Positions 1 through 8,739 of a stretch of DNA of 33,689 nt are shown one piece after another. The stretch is from a virus. Position numbers and translations under genes: made by a program. Location: the IMG/VR virus record IMGVR_UViG_3300045988_054881. One strand, given 5' to 3'. Within the stretch, counting starts at the first letter, position 1; every line of letters starts with the position of its first letter. The notes beneath the pieces are model-generated. The model did not search any database. It worked only from the letters and a program-made list of their open reading frames with translations, and had not been told where the DNA came from.

Positions 1-55
1 CAAAATACTTGTCTACCTTTTCTTTCAAAGTATTCAGTACAGGTATTTCTGTACC
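1..55. repeat. 55-nt terminal overlap (1-55 identical to 33635-33689). It marks circular closure of the contig, giving a unit genome of 33,634 bp.
   Basis: Direct comparison of the two ends gives an exact 55/55 match. A minus-strand reading frame runs through the junction without interruption. Confidence 0.9.
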
Positions 56-205
56 AGCGTTAGTGCTAGTATCGGTGGCCGGTATTTCTGTACCAGCGTT
101 AGTGCTATTATCGGTGGCCGGTATTTCTGTACCAGCGTTAGTGCTATTATCGGTGACAGGCAGATCATTGTCTGCCTGTACACTCATAGTTTTTGCTTTT
201 GTCAT
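1..205 (-). CDS. 5' part of a junction-spanning gene (147 aa in total, continuing at 33634..33396). The N-terminus carries 3 x 13-aa tandem repeats. Function unknown.
   Basis: ATG at 205-203, with a second in-frame ATG at 187. Hand translation gives MTKAKTMSVQADNDL-PVTDNSTNAGTEI-PATDNSTNAGTEI-PATDTSTNAGTEI-PVLNTLKEKVDKYF, which joins in frame to the ORF 33396..33662. The combined length of 444 nt is divisible by 3. Confidence 0.65.
   Translation of the reverse strand, partial: MTKAKTMSVQADNDLPVTDNSTNAGTEIPATDNSTNAGTEIPATDTSTNAGTEIPVLNTLKEKVDKYF
42..158. repeat. Tandem repeat of 3 x 39 nt (units 42-80, 81-119, 120-158), in frame within the junction-spanning gene.
   Basis: The units 'ggtatttctgtaccagcgttagtgcta(g/t)tatcggtg(gcc/aca)' differ at 1-3 positions. 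Each encodes a 13-aa unit, P(V/A)TD(N/T)STNAGTEI. Confidence 0.95.
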
Positions 206-251
206 TAATTAAAATTTTTAAGTTGTTGACTACCCTAATGGATTTATGGGG

Positions 252-818
252 TTACGGGGTCACCCCCCCCGCAGGTACTGCGGTTGATAACGCTACATAA
301 TCGGCTTCTGATATCCGATATACAGTAGTGCCCGGTTGCCAATCTTCCACGCCAAAGGTAGTGCGGATAAAGCCATTACCATTGGTATCGCCTTCGATAG
401 ACAAGCATTCAAGCGGATAACCTAGACCGTAAACACGATATACACCGTTGCCGTGGTCTACAGCGATCACTACTCGGGAGTTCATACCCATAGCTCTAGT
501 AGCACCTAGTGAGTTGGACACAAGATCAGATGCAAAAAACGTCATTTGAAACGTGGGGTCAAGTGCTTGCGGACAAACTTCGCCGCCTTTTAAGCCCACC
601 GTTATTACAAGTGCGCCGTTAGAAGTTTCTACAGAAGTGGCTGCGGGTGTACCCGCTGCGAGGGTTATTTTAGCAAATGCGGGCGAACCAGTAATGGTAT
701 AGCTTACAATGCTTGCTGCGTTAATTATCTTTGCCGAAACAGGTCTGCCCAGTGGTCCAGCGGGAGGCACACCACATGGTAACAACTGACTCCCTGAAAT
801 AGAATCTAAACATGCCAT
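252..818 (-). CDS. Virion structural protein, paralog 1 of 3 (possibly tail-tube or major-tail-like; function not established).
   Basis: ATG start, 188 aa. Shares the N-terminus 'MAC..IS' and the C-terminal motif 'PLEC..(I/V)E(G/Y)D(T/S)N(G/A)NG' with the adjacent ORFs. Lies downstream of the capsid gene. Confidence 0.45.
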   Translation of the reverse strand: MACLDSISGSQLLPCGVPPAGPLGRPVSAKIINAASIVSYTITGSPAFAKITLAAGTPAATSVETSNGALVITVGLKGGEVCPQALDPTFQMTFFASDLVSNSLGATRAMGMNSRVVIAVDHGNGVYRVYGLGYPLECLSIEGDTNGNGFIRTTFGVEDWQPGTTVYRISEADYVALSTAVPAGGVTP

Positions 819-847
819 ATTATTTTTCCTTTCTTTTAGATTGTTAA

Positions 848-1414
848 TTAACCTACAGCTGCGGCATACAGTGCCTCATAACCTGTAATTACCTGCGTTA
901 ACGCATCTTCCCCGATAACACGTTCGGGCGTTGCCATAGTGATGGTGTACCAGGCCCCGTTATCGTGAGAACTTCTGTCTACTGCGGTAGCGGACATGCC
1001 ATAATATAAGCCAAACACTCTACAAGTATCACCTGACACTTTAGAACTGATAGCTTTCAAAGCACGAGTTAGGATAACAAAACTCCCATTCGCTACAGGG
1101 TTTATTAGGTCCTTAAGCAAGGTAGACATTACGGGAGCAGTAACCACCACGGTGGCTGAGTGTGTATAAGCATTCGGAGCACCTTCGTTTACTTTCAAAG
1201 CCTCCGTAGTTGTTAGCACATGCTTAACTGTATCAATCTTATAAGCTTTTGCACCTTCTTTCAACTTAATTGTATCAACCAGTGCCGAACTTTCAGGGAC
1301 AAAAGATATAGAGGCTATATCCTCTTTGTTTATGAGCAATGCCGAAACTAAGCTGGTACCGCCTGTATCGCAATCGTAAGCGATTGCAGATGAAATTTTT
1401 GATATGCAAGCCAT
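848..1414 (-). CDS. Virion structural protein, paralog 2 of 3.
   Basis: ATG start, 188 aa. Starts 'MACISKISS...C', has the same length as paralog 1, and contains 'AKAYKIDTVK' (compare 'AKSYRVEGYK' in paralog 3). Confidence 0.45.
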   Translation of the reverse strand: MACISKISSAIAYDCDTGGTSLVSALLINKEDIASISFVPESSALVDTIKLKEGAKAYKIDTVKHVLTTTEALKVNEGAPNAYTHSATVVVTAPVMSTLLKDLINPVANGSFVILTRALKAISSKVSGDTCRVFGLYYGMSATAVDRSSHDNGAWYTITMATPERVIGEDALTQVITGYEALYAAAVG

Positions 1415-1416
1415 AA

Positions 1417-1941
1417 TTAAACAGATTTAGCGATTATAGATGTTGTAACGTCCGGATGTGTTAATACAGCGGAATTTCCTGCCGAACCTTCGGGTGCCGT
1501 CAGGGTATAAGTAATGAGTTTACCGTTTGCATTAGAATCGTATTCAACGTTTGAGCATTCAAGCGGTGCACTGCACCCCCAAACAAAGTTAGCCCCTGTG
1601 GTTGCTGGCTCAACAGTCATCACGTAAAACTTACCAGCCATAATTGATCTTGCGAAGGCACCCGAAAGTGGCGCTTTAAACATGATCGATACATCAAAAC
1701 GCCCCGATACGTCTGTAGAACGTAAAGCGGCTGTTACCTGTATGTTCTGCTTATACCCTTCAACCCTGTAGGATTTAGCACCTACCGCAAAATCCGCAGT
1801 CAAAATCTGGGTTTGAGATGTCGAATAGGTGAATGTAACATCCTCAACGTGCATAAGATACAAATCTGTAATGCCATGAATAGGCAATGCACAGCCTACA
1901 AGTACGTTACCGGGGAGTTTATATAAACAACTTTTTGACAT
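1417..1941 (-). CDS. Virion structural protein, paralog 3 of 3.
   Basis: ATG start, 174 aa. 'APLECSNVEYDSNANGK' parallels 'YPLECLSIEGDTNGNGF' in paralog 1. It is the first gene after the capsid terminator. Confidence 0.45.
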   Translation of the reverse strand: MSKSCLYKLPGNVLVGCALPIHGITDLYLMHVEDVTFTYSTSQTQILTADFAVGAKSYRVEGYKQNIQVTAALRSTDVSGRFDVSIMFKAPLSGAFARSIMAGKFYVMTVEPATTGANFVWGCSAPLECSNVEYDSNANGKLITYTLTAPEGSAGNSAVLTHPDVTTSIIAKSV

Positions 1942-1962
1942 ATTGTTTTCTTGTTATATTAG

Positions 1963-1999
1963 TAAAAAAAAATAAGGCTAGACTAACCGCCTAGCCCTT
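1963..1999 (-). terminator. Rho-independent terminator after the capsid gene.
   Basis: The minus strand reads 'aagggctag-gcggttagt-ctagcctt' followed by 'attttttttt'. The structure lies 9 nt after the stop codon at 2008. Confidence 0.7.
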
Positions 2000-2007
2000 C
2001 ACTATAA

Positions 2008-2955
2008 TTACGGTTCACGTGCGGTTAACCACAACTGCATTTTTTCCGGTGCTACCAGCATGGCGTCAGCCGCGAATACAGTTTGTGAGTAGTACTTACG
2101 AGACTTTGCGTCTTGAATGAACGGAGCGATAACGGCTGCGGTGCTTTCCAAAGCAATCTGAATATTGTCTTTCGGAGTAAAAGCGATAAATGCAGTGTTT
2201 TTGCCGTCTGCCAAAGCAGCGTTAGAAACGTGGCGCAATTCAGTGATACGGTAGCCTTCGAAGAAGTAAACCGGGCGTCCTTCTACTATGTCACTCTGTG
2301 CAGCGCTGTTATCACGGTCTTGCAACAGGTTCTTGTAAAGACGCATAACGTTGGACGTTACGAAAAATTCGGAGTCATCCAAGGTGTCGGGACGTTGGTT
2401 GTCGATACAAGCACGCAATGCGGTTAACACGCCTGCGGTAGTCAGTGTCATTGCACCAGCGGTGCGCGTAGAATCCTCGAACTGTTTGATAATACCGCCA
2501 CGTTTGAAAATTCCGTAGCCTGTAGCGGAATCTGTTACGTCGCCGTCCAACCAAGCGAGGCGAAGCAAGTCAGCTTCAAGAACCTTCAAAACTTCTGACT
2601 GGATAAAGCCTGCCAATTCGGTATCAGAGAAATTGTCGTCTAGGTTGATACCACGGGCAACCATTTTCCCCCACAAGTTTTGCAAACAGATTTCGATAGG
2701 CAATTCGATAGGCGCATGTGTGTAGTACTTCACCTTGTCCGAAATGCTGTTGTAGAAATATTCGCCATCACAACCTGCCGAAAGACGCAACGCCTTATCT
2801 GCGGCAGTAAGAGATACAACAGGCGTGTTGTTTTCAATACCGTTCAGAACGGTGATGCCTCTTGAAATTTCACCCGCCAAACCAACGGTGAGCGAAATTA
2901 CCTCATTCAAACTGTTGAGGTTCAGTTTATTCAAGTCAGTAAAAGTAAAAGCCAT
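2008..2955 (-). CDS. Major capsid protein (putative).
   Basis: 315 aa with an ATG start, directly downstream of the protease/scaffold gene and followed by a strong terminator. The call rests on size and position only; I can cite no diagnostic motif. Confidence 0.6.
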   Translation of the reverse strand: MAFTFTDLNKLNLNSLNEVISLTVGLAGEISRGITVLNGIENNTPVVSLTAADKALRLSAGCDGEYFYNSISDKVKYYTHAPIELPIEICLQNLWGKMVARGINLDDNFSDTELAGFIQSEVLKVLEADLLRLAWLDGDVTDSATGYGIFKRGGIIKQFEDSTRTAGAMTLTTAGVLTALRACIDNQRPDTLDDSEFFVTSNVMRLYKNLLQDRDNSAAQSDIVEGRPVYFFEGYRITELRHVSNAALADGKNTAFIAFTPKDNIQIALESTAAVIAPFIQDAKSRKYYSQTVFAADAMLVAPEKMQLWLTAREP

Positions 2956-2976
2956 AATTTTCTGATTTTTAGATGT

Positions 2977-3969
2977 TTATTTCTTGTAAAAGCGTTTAGC
3001 TGCTTCGGCAACTGCCTCTTTGCTTAACTTCGTTTCCTTGGTAGGCGTTTTAGCTACAGGAACAGAAGGTTTCCCGGTCACGCGGCTGAACTGTGCCGTC
3101 ATTGCTGCAATCGAAGTTGACATAGCGGCAATCGAAGCCTCCATAGCCTGCATACGAGTTGCAAACTCTTCGGGTATTCTTTCAGAACGTGTTTCCCTTC
3201 CGATTTTTTCCTCGTCTCTGATTTCGTCCTCTTGCTCGCCTCTGTCATCTTCGGAAGGTTTTACCTCCTTGATAACTCCGTTTTCGATAACAAGCACCAA
3301 GATTGCATCGTCAACTTTGATACGTACCTCGCCATCCGGATGTACATTACCTTCGCTGTCAAACACCTTGTCACCGATAGCCATTACATCGCCTGCGGCC
3401 TCGATAGTGATCTTTGAACCGCTTACTGTTTCCACGGTTTCAGTTGCAAAGCTACTCTTTTTAAGCATAGCTGCAAATGCACTAAAAAATTTACTCATTG
3501 TTTTCTTATTAGAATTGTTATTACTGAATAGACTAGAAGTCGCTGCCGGAAGGCCTACCATGTCACATGAGTATAGCTCAACTATATTAGTGATGTTAAT
3601 CACGCCTCCGACTAGTTCTCTCTCATCCAAACTCACTATAGAAACGCCTAGCATTTCGGGTTCTTTGGAAATCATTGTTGCAATGAACGTGGCCTCGCTA
3701 GGATATGCGGTTTCTAGAGCTTCCGACATCTCTAGGTCTGCGTAGGCAACTCCATCCTCGTACACAAAGTTAGTGAACTTTCCTAGATAGCCGTCTAACA
3801 TATCCATGCCGTTGTGTGTACGTCTGCAATGAATGGGTTTTTCATTTCCCAAAGCTACAACACTTCTAACCGCCTCATCTGTAATCGACAGCGGATAAGA
3901 TACACCCTCTACCTCATCAAAGTTAGTAGTGAGCCCTGCTTGAATGATCCTTAGTTTTTCAAATTTCAT
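2977..3969 (-). CDS. Prohead protease / scaffolding fusion protein (putative).
   Basis: 330 aa. A globular N-terminal ~150 aa is followed by an acidic, helical C-terminal part ('EDDRGEQEDEIRDEEKIGRETRSE...MQAMEASIAAMSTSIAAMTAQF') typical of scaffolds. The gene sits immediately upstream of the capsid gene. Confidence 0.5.
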   Translation of the reverse strand: MKFEKLRIIQAGLTTNFDEVEGVSYPLSITDEAVRSVVALGNEKPIHCRRTHNGMDMLDGYLGKFTNFVYEDGVAYADLEMSEALETAYPSEATFIATMISKEPEMLGVSIVSLDERELVGGVINITNIVELYSCDMVGLPAATSSLFSNNNSNKKTMSKFFSAFAAMLKKSSFATETVETVSGSKITIEAAGDVMAIGDKVFDSEGNVHPDGEVRIKVDDAILVLVIENGVIKEVKPSEDDRGEQEDEIRDEEKIGRETRSERIPEEFATRMQAMEASIAAMSTSIAAMTAQFSRVTGKPSVPVAKTPTKETKLSKEAVAEAAKRFYKK

Positions 3970-3986
3970 AAATTGGTTTTTGTTGT

Positions 3987-4038
3987 AACTCGTGCAAAGA
4001 TATGGTGGTTTTTATAATTCGACATATCTGCACGAGTT
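3987..4038 (-). promoter_or_regulatory. Long hairpin (16 bp with a 2-nt bulge) whose arm contains a TAtcTTTG -7 box (3995-4002). It lies between the tape-measure-like gene and the scaffold gene.
   Basis: Arms are 3987-4004 'aactcgtgcaaagatatg' and 4023-4038 'catatctgcacgagtt'. 'caaagata' is the reverse complement of TATCTTTG. Confidence 0.55.
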
Positions 4039-4045
4039 TATTAGA

Positions 4046-7000
4046 TTAATAAGTTGCAAAAGATTGCACAACGTTCACCTCATTCTGTGCAGTATCAATG
4101 TCATGCACGGAAACGATAGGGTTAGGCATAGCCGAAACCGCTTCAATAACAACGGCTGCAAGCTGCGATATACTCTCTTTTGACAATTGTACATTGTCTA
4201 CTTGTCTTTGCAGCCTGTTAGCTTCCGAAATAGTTGATACCATACCACCGTCAGCGAACTTGTAAAGACCGGAAGACGATATGTAATTGTGCGTATTGCT
4301 CACCGCTGAGAAAACGTCTACATTAGAAATGTTGTTCAACGCCTCGTATTCGGTCGTGCTCCAAACACTTGATACACGACCGCCCTGTGAATACTTCGGC
4401 ATGTAAACGTTGCTCAGTGAATCGCCACCTCGGTATGAGTAGTTGTTATCCACTTTACCGCCATTAGCGAACTTTTGGTTCGTGCGACTGAATGTGTTGT
4501 TAGTCGTGTCGAACTTGTTGATGGTAGGCATGGATAAGACTCTCTCAACCGTTTTGCTTTTGTCATACTTCGGTGTTATCAAGCTGACGTTCATAGCCTT
4601 GTTAACTGATCCACCGTTGCCGAAACGTTCACCGGATGGTTTCACAGGTGCGCTGCTTGCCCGGAAGGACTTTCCGCCATGTTCAACATTGACATCGGAC
4701 AAAGCGTTGATCTCGTTTGAGGCGGTCTTTTTCAAGATGTATATGTTTTCACCACCTTCTGCCTCAAAAGCTTGCCCATTATCACCAACGAACTTAACGC
4801 CACCCTGCGCATGAGACTTTCCGACTATTGTACCACCCTTCGCATACTTTTTAACGCTTGTGTTAACTTTCGTATCGGGATCTTTTTGTTTCGCAATGCT
4901 CATAACCTGTTTCATACCGAAGGCAATTACGATAGCGGCCTGTGCGATACCTGCGATACCGCCTTGTGCCAAAGCTTTTGTAGCGCCTAGATATGTGTTG
5001 ATAGTTGCCTGTACAACGCCAAAGGCTTTTCCGGCTGCGCTCTCTTCTCCCAAAAGATCAGACATCTGACCTGCAAGGCCTGCCGTCATGGTTAATTCGG
5101 AGTTAACACGCTCTTTTGTTAGCTTTTCCTTTGCCTGCTCGTACTTCTGTTGTACCAACGTGGTATCAGCGCCTATCCTTTCGGCTGCGGCCATTTCCTG
5201 TTGATATTGGGCGTCCAACTGAACTTGTCTCAACTCATATTGGTTAGCGATTTCGTTCATTTCGATTTCTTTCCGGTTCGCCTCGTCCATCGCCCGGCGC
5301 TCACGGTCTAGAGCGTCCTGCTCTTCTTCCATCTTATTGCGAAGTTCACGTGCTTCTATGCGTAACTGCGTTTCGGCATTTTCGTACTCTTCACGGCTGA
5401 TCAAACCCTGCTGTAACTTGTAGTACTGGATTTCAAGCTCCTTGTTTGCCGACGCCTCGAAGTCTGCGACACGTTCAGCGTTAAATCTATCCGTCTCGTC
5501 TCTCATTACTTGAAGACGTTGGGCGTTGATTTCCTGCTCACGGGCGAAATATTCCTGTTGCGTGATCAGCCCTTGATTAAGCATTTCCTTCTCAATAGCA
5601 AGTTCTTGCTTTGCTGTCAGTTCTGCGTTTTTAATACGCTGCTCGCCTCCGTCATCGGTTACCTCTTTTTCAGCAATGGATAAGTTAAGCTTTGTGAGCG
5701 CTGTTTCCATCTGCTTGATAGTCTGTTCCTGCAAAGCCCGTTTGGCTAGTTCGGCCTCGGTGGCTGCTTTGATGGCTGCTTGTGCTTTCGCTACCTCAGA
5801 GGCCTTGTAGGCGGCTGCATTTTTGGCGTTTTCCTGTGCGATAAGTCCGCTAGCCTGATTTTCTAGTTCTTTTCGCTTATCGGTATATTCGGCTTGCTTC
5901 GCTTGAAGGTCTGCAAGCGCCTGCATTTCGGCCCGTCGGTCTTCTTTCGAGGTGTAGCTTAACTTGTTTTGCGCCTTTATCTGATCATATTTCTGCTGTA
6001 AAACCGCTACCTCGGCAGCTTCCATCTGTTTGAGGATGGAAATACCTTTTTGGGCAGCTTCGTTTCGCTCTTTTGCCGTCTTTAGCTGGTCGCCTACAAT
6101 GGTTTTTTGGTTGGCTAGCTCCCTACTCATGGCGGATAACGTAACTAAATTCTTTGTTTCTGCCTCGTATATGTCTAATTCAGCTTTAGAAAGGTCTGCT
6201 GCGGCCTGTCCTGCTTTCTTTGTTTCCTCGGAAATCAGCCCGATAGCGTCTAAAAGCCCTACTACCTTGGTGGTTATCCACTCAAAAGCGTTTGCGACAC
6301 CTGATAGCATGTTGGTAAGGCCGTCTAATATCCGGGTAAAGATCACTTGAAACGGTGCGAACGCTGCTTTTAGGGATGCCGCCGCCTCGCTATTCCGCTT
6401 TATAAGCTTCTCTATTGAAGAAACTAGCAAAAGGACTACCGACACTACCGCCACCAGTGGATTAGCTTTTAGAGCGGCTGAAAATGCTTTCACGCCTGCC
6501 GTGCCTGTGCTCATTGCGGACGCCAACGTTCCCGTGGCGCCGGATAACCCTTTGGTGTTTTTAAGAGCCTCATCTATGCTGTCCGCATAGTTACCAACGT
6601 TACGTCGGTTGTCGCCTACTGCCTTTTCCATCTCCTTTAGTCTGTCGGAGATTTCTTTAGTCTCGGTGACTAGGGCTTTGCCTTCCTCGGTGTTGTTCCG
6701 GGTAGCCGCCGACATGGCGTTTAGCTCTTTGGTATTTTTTGCAAGCTGAGCACGTAAAGCGTCTACACTGTCTTCTTGACTCAGCATTAATGTAGTATTG
6801 GCCTTGATCTCTTGATTGTTGTCCGCGATTGAACGGTTAACAACGTTGATCTGTTTAGTTAGCTCTACTTGCACCTTTGTTGAGTTTTCAACGGTCTTCT
6901 TGTAGTCATCTTGCGATATGGCGCCTGCCTTGAAAGCTTTTCCGGCGGCTTCTACCTGCTTTTGCTCGTCTTTCAAAGTGGTAGTTAACTGTTTCTTTGT

Positions 7001-7102
7001 TTCCGCCAACTCCAAGGACTTTGCAATAAGAGCGTCCAAGCCGTCCAAGCCTTTGGACGTATTGAATGTTAAGTCTAATAATGTAGCTTTTTCGTTTGCC
7101 AT
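4046..7102 (-). CDS. Tape-measure-like protein (could alternatively be an internal or ejection virion protein).
   Basis: 1018 aa with long coiled-coil-type A/E/K/Q-rich segments. Hydrophobic segments include 'LVAVVSVVLLLVSSI' and 'GIAGIAQAAIVIAFG'. The C-terminal third carries 5 '(K/R)(F/Y)xxGG' motifs. Confidence 0.6.
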   Translation of the reverse strand: MANEKATLLDLTFNTSKGLDGLDALIAKSLELAETKKQLTTTLKDEQKQVEAAGKAFKAGAISQDDYKKTVENSTKVQVELTKQINVVNRSIADNNQEIKANTTLMLSQEDSVDALRAQLAKNTKELNAMSAATRNNTEEGKALVTETKEISDRLKEMEKAVGDNRRNVGNYADSIDEALKNTKGLSGATGTLASAMSTGTAGVKAFSAALKANPLVAVVSVVLLLVSSIEKLIKRNSEAAASLKAAFAPFQVIFTRILDGLTNMLSGVANAFEWITTKVVGLLDAIGLISEETKKAGQAAADLSKAELDIYEAETKNLVTLSAMSRELANQKTIVGDQLKTAKERNEAAQKGISILKQMEAAEVAVLQQKYDQIKAQNKLSYTSKEDRRAEMQALADLQAKQAEYTDKRKELENQASGLIAQENAKNAAAYKASEVAKAQAAIKAATEAELAKRALQEQTIKQMETALTKLNLSIAEKEVTDDGGEQRIKNAELTAKQELAIEKEMLNQGLITQQEYFAREQEINAQRLQVMRDETDRFNAERVADFEASANKELEIQYYKLQQGLISREEYENAETQLRIEARELRNKMEEEQDALDRERRAMDEANRKEIEMNEIANQYELRQVQLDAQYQQEMAAAERIGADTTLVQQKYEQAKEKLTKERVNSELTMTAGLAGQMSDLLGEESAAGKAFGVVQATINTYLGATKALAQGGIAGIAQAAIVIAFGMKQVMSIAKQKDPDTKVNTSVKKYAKGGTIVGKSHAQGGVKFVGDNGQAFEAEGGENIYILKKTASNEINALSDVNVEHGGKSFRASSAPVKPSGERFGNGGSVNKAMNVSLITPKYDKSKTVERVLSMPTINKFDTTNNTFSRTNQKFANGGKVDNNYSYRGGDSLSNVYMPKYSQGGRVSSVWSTTEYEALNNISNVDVFSAVSNTHNYISSSGLYKFADGGMVSTISEANRLQRQVDNVQLSKESISQLAAVVIEAVSAMPNPIVSVHDIDTAQNEVNVVQSFATY

Positions 7103-7115
7103 AATCTTTTGATTA

Positions 7116-8735
7116 TTAATTATTTACTGCAATAAGTGTAACGTTTCCTTTACACGTTGAAGCGTTCCAGTTCTGAATACTCCGAAGGTAAAACCATGAT
7201 CCTAACTCGTCTACGTAGTACAAGGCATCCGGGCGCATATTCATTATATCGAAATACGATAAATTCATAGTTGCCTTCGCCTGCCAACCTTTGCTGAATC
7301 TTGCATAGTGTCCCGCTACCGTTGCACGGTAACCACTAGCCCGATTAAAATAGTTATCCGGGTACCACTTTCCCGTTGAATTCTTTCGGATCATCGTCGC
7401 ATACGGGCGTTTTCCTAGGCTACCGGGCGTAACGGGTAAAGCGCTCTCACCTACTGTAGAAACTACTGCAATAGCCCTGCTCGCACCGCCTACAGAGACG
7501 TTCAAGTCTCCCACCTGTGCTTTGTACGTCCGGGCTGCGCCATCCGGTTCTGAGATGTTAATCGTCGTTGTATCAATCCTTCCCGTCCAATCCTGCCGAT
7601 ACTCGGCCGTGGTTAACGGGTTTATGAAGGGTTTAAGCGTCAACGTAAACGGTCTGCTAGTAAATGAGTAAGTCCAACAAAACGCTTTGCAATAGGCTTG
7701 AATGATCTCGAACGGTGTACTAAGGCCCATATTATCCATTAACGTACGTGAATAGGTAGGCGTTCCTACTGATACTATTGTTAGGCCTATCGAATACCCT
7801 TCCGACGTCGGTACAGTGCTCACCGGGATGTGGGAGTACACAAGCGAAGACTTTGAAGATGACAAACCGAATTGCATCAACTGCCCATCGGACGGAGTAA
7901 CCGTTAAAGATGCGGTCGTTGCAGTAGGGCACGTATATTCATAGTTTCCGTCACCTCTCAAAGTGCCTCTCACGAACGGTATCGTCTGTGATCCCGAGCG
8001 GCTGCTAAACAGATATATCGTTGCAGGTGTCGAAGGCGGCAGTATGAAATAACTCCCTGTATCAACTTGCAAAACTAGATTAGTACCTGTCAATCTTTCC
8101 AAAGCTGCCGAAACTCCGTTATCGGTCGGTAGCATTATGCCGGACGGGTACGTAGCACCTAGGCAGCCATCGTGCCCACCTTTGTATGCCAAAGCTGTAG
8201 AACTATCCACGTAGTCGGCTGCGGTAACGGTCTTCACGTCTGCAAAGTATGCCGGGTATATCAAAATGCTATCGTCCTGCGTAAACAGAGAAGGCCTAGA
8301 AAACGTTCCGGGGTATGCTTCTGTTATTGCATCATCATACTTTGCCGCCCAGTAGGCTGCGGATGTGATAGACGGACGGACAGCGACAGGCCCAAGGGCT
8401 GTAGACAGTTTAGAGATAGACTCTATCAATTCAACTGTATATCCATCCGGTGACGCTGATACCCGTGCCCGATAAGAGTTTCCACCAAGGGGCGCTGCAA
8501 GTCCATCGAAATCTATCTGTGCCACGTATGGAGTTGTACGGGTGTACAAGTTAGGAAAGCGTTCCGACTTAAATACCCGGTCGTTTGTCTCCGTACGTGG
8601 TAGTGATATGCTAGCTGTATAACTCACCGTCGGATCAGTGAATTTAAGCGGGTCGGGATTGTTGATGTTCAGCTTTACAGAGCCGGGCGAAACCCCATCA
8701 ATCAAAACCCCATCTATTCGTATCTTAACTTCCAT
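7116..8735 (-). CDS. Tail-associated structural protein (putative).
   Basis: 539 aa with an ATG start, tightly packed in the late operon next to the tape-measure-like gene. No motif-level assignment is possible. Confidence 0.4.
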   Translation of the reverse strand: MEVKIRIDGVLIDGVSPGSVKLNINNPDPLKFTDPTVSYTASISLPRTETNDRVFKSERFPNLYTRTTPYVAQIDFDGLAAPLGGNSYRARVSASPDGYTVELIESISKLSTALGPVAVRPSITSAAYWAAKYDDAITEAYPGTFSRPSLFTQDDSILIYPAYFADVKTVTAADYVDSSTALAYKGGHDGCLGATYPSGIMLPTDNGVSAALERLTGTNLVLQVDTGSYFILPPSTPATIYLFSSRSGSQTIPFVRGTLRGDGNYEYTCPTATTASLTVTPSDGQLMQFGLSSSKSSLVYSHIPVSTVPTSEGYSIGLTIVSVGTPTYSRTLMDNMGLSTPFEIIQAYCKAFCWTYSFTSRPFTLTLKPFINPLTTAEYRQDWTGRIDTTTINISEPDGAARTYKAQVGDLNVSVGGASRAIAVVSTVGESALPVTPGSLGKRPYATMIRKNSTGKWYPDNYFNRASGYRATVAGHYARFSKGWQAKATMNLSYFDIMNMRPDALYYVDELGSWFYLRSIQNWNASTCKGNVTLIAVNN

Positions 8736-8739
8736 AATA

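Noticed and set aside
42-158. Possible CRISPR-like array, suggested by regularly spaced 39-nt repeats.
   Set aside because: The units are directly adjacent with no spacers. They lie in frame inside a coding sequence and encode a 13-aa peptide repeat.
212-252. Possible terminator between the paralog gene 252-818 and the repeat-protein gene.
   Set aside because: Only weak, interrupted complementarity ('cccta...tgggg') and no U-tract on the coding strand.
3020-3745. A 241-aa plus-strand ORF, plus other long plus-strand ORFs (24936-25595, 17480-18037, 27561-28061, 4443-4814, 6030-6350, 24848-25219).
   Set aside because: All are fully antisense to well-supported minus-strand genes with recognisable motifs. 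Their products are low-complexity (S/L/I/A-rich), and no promoter box or plausible start context is present. They are typical shadow ORFs.
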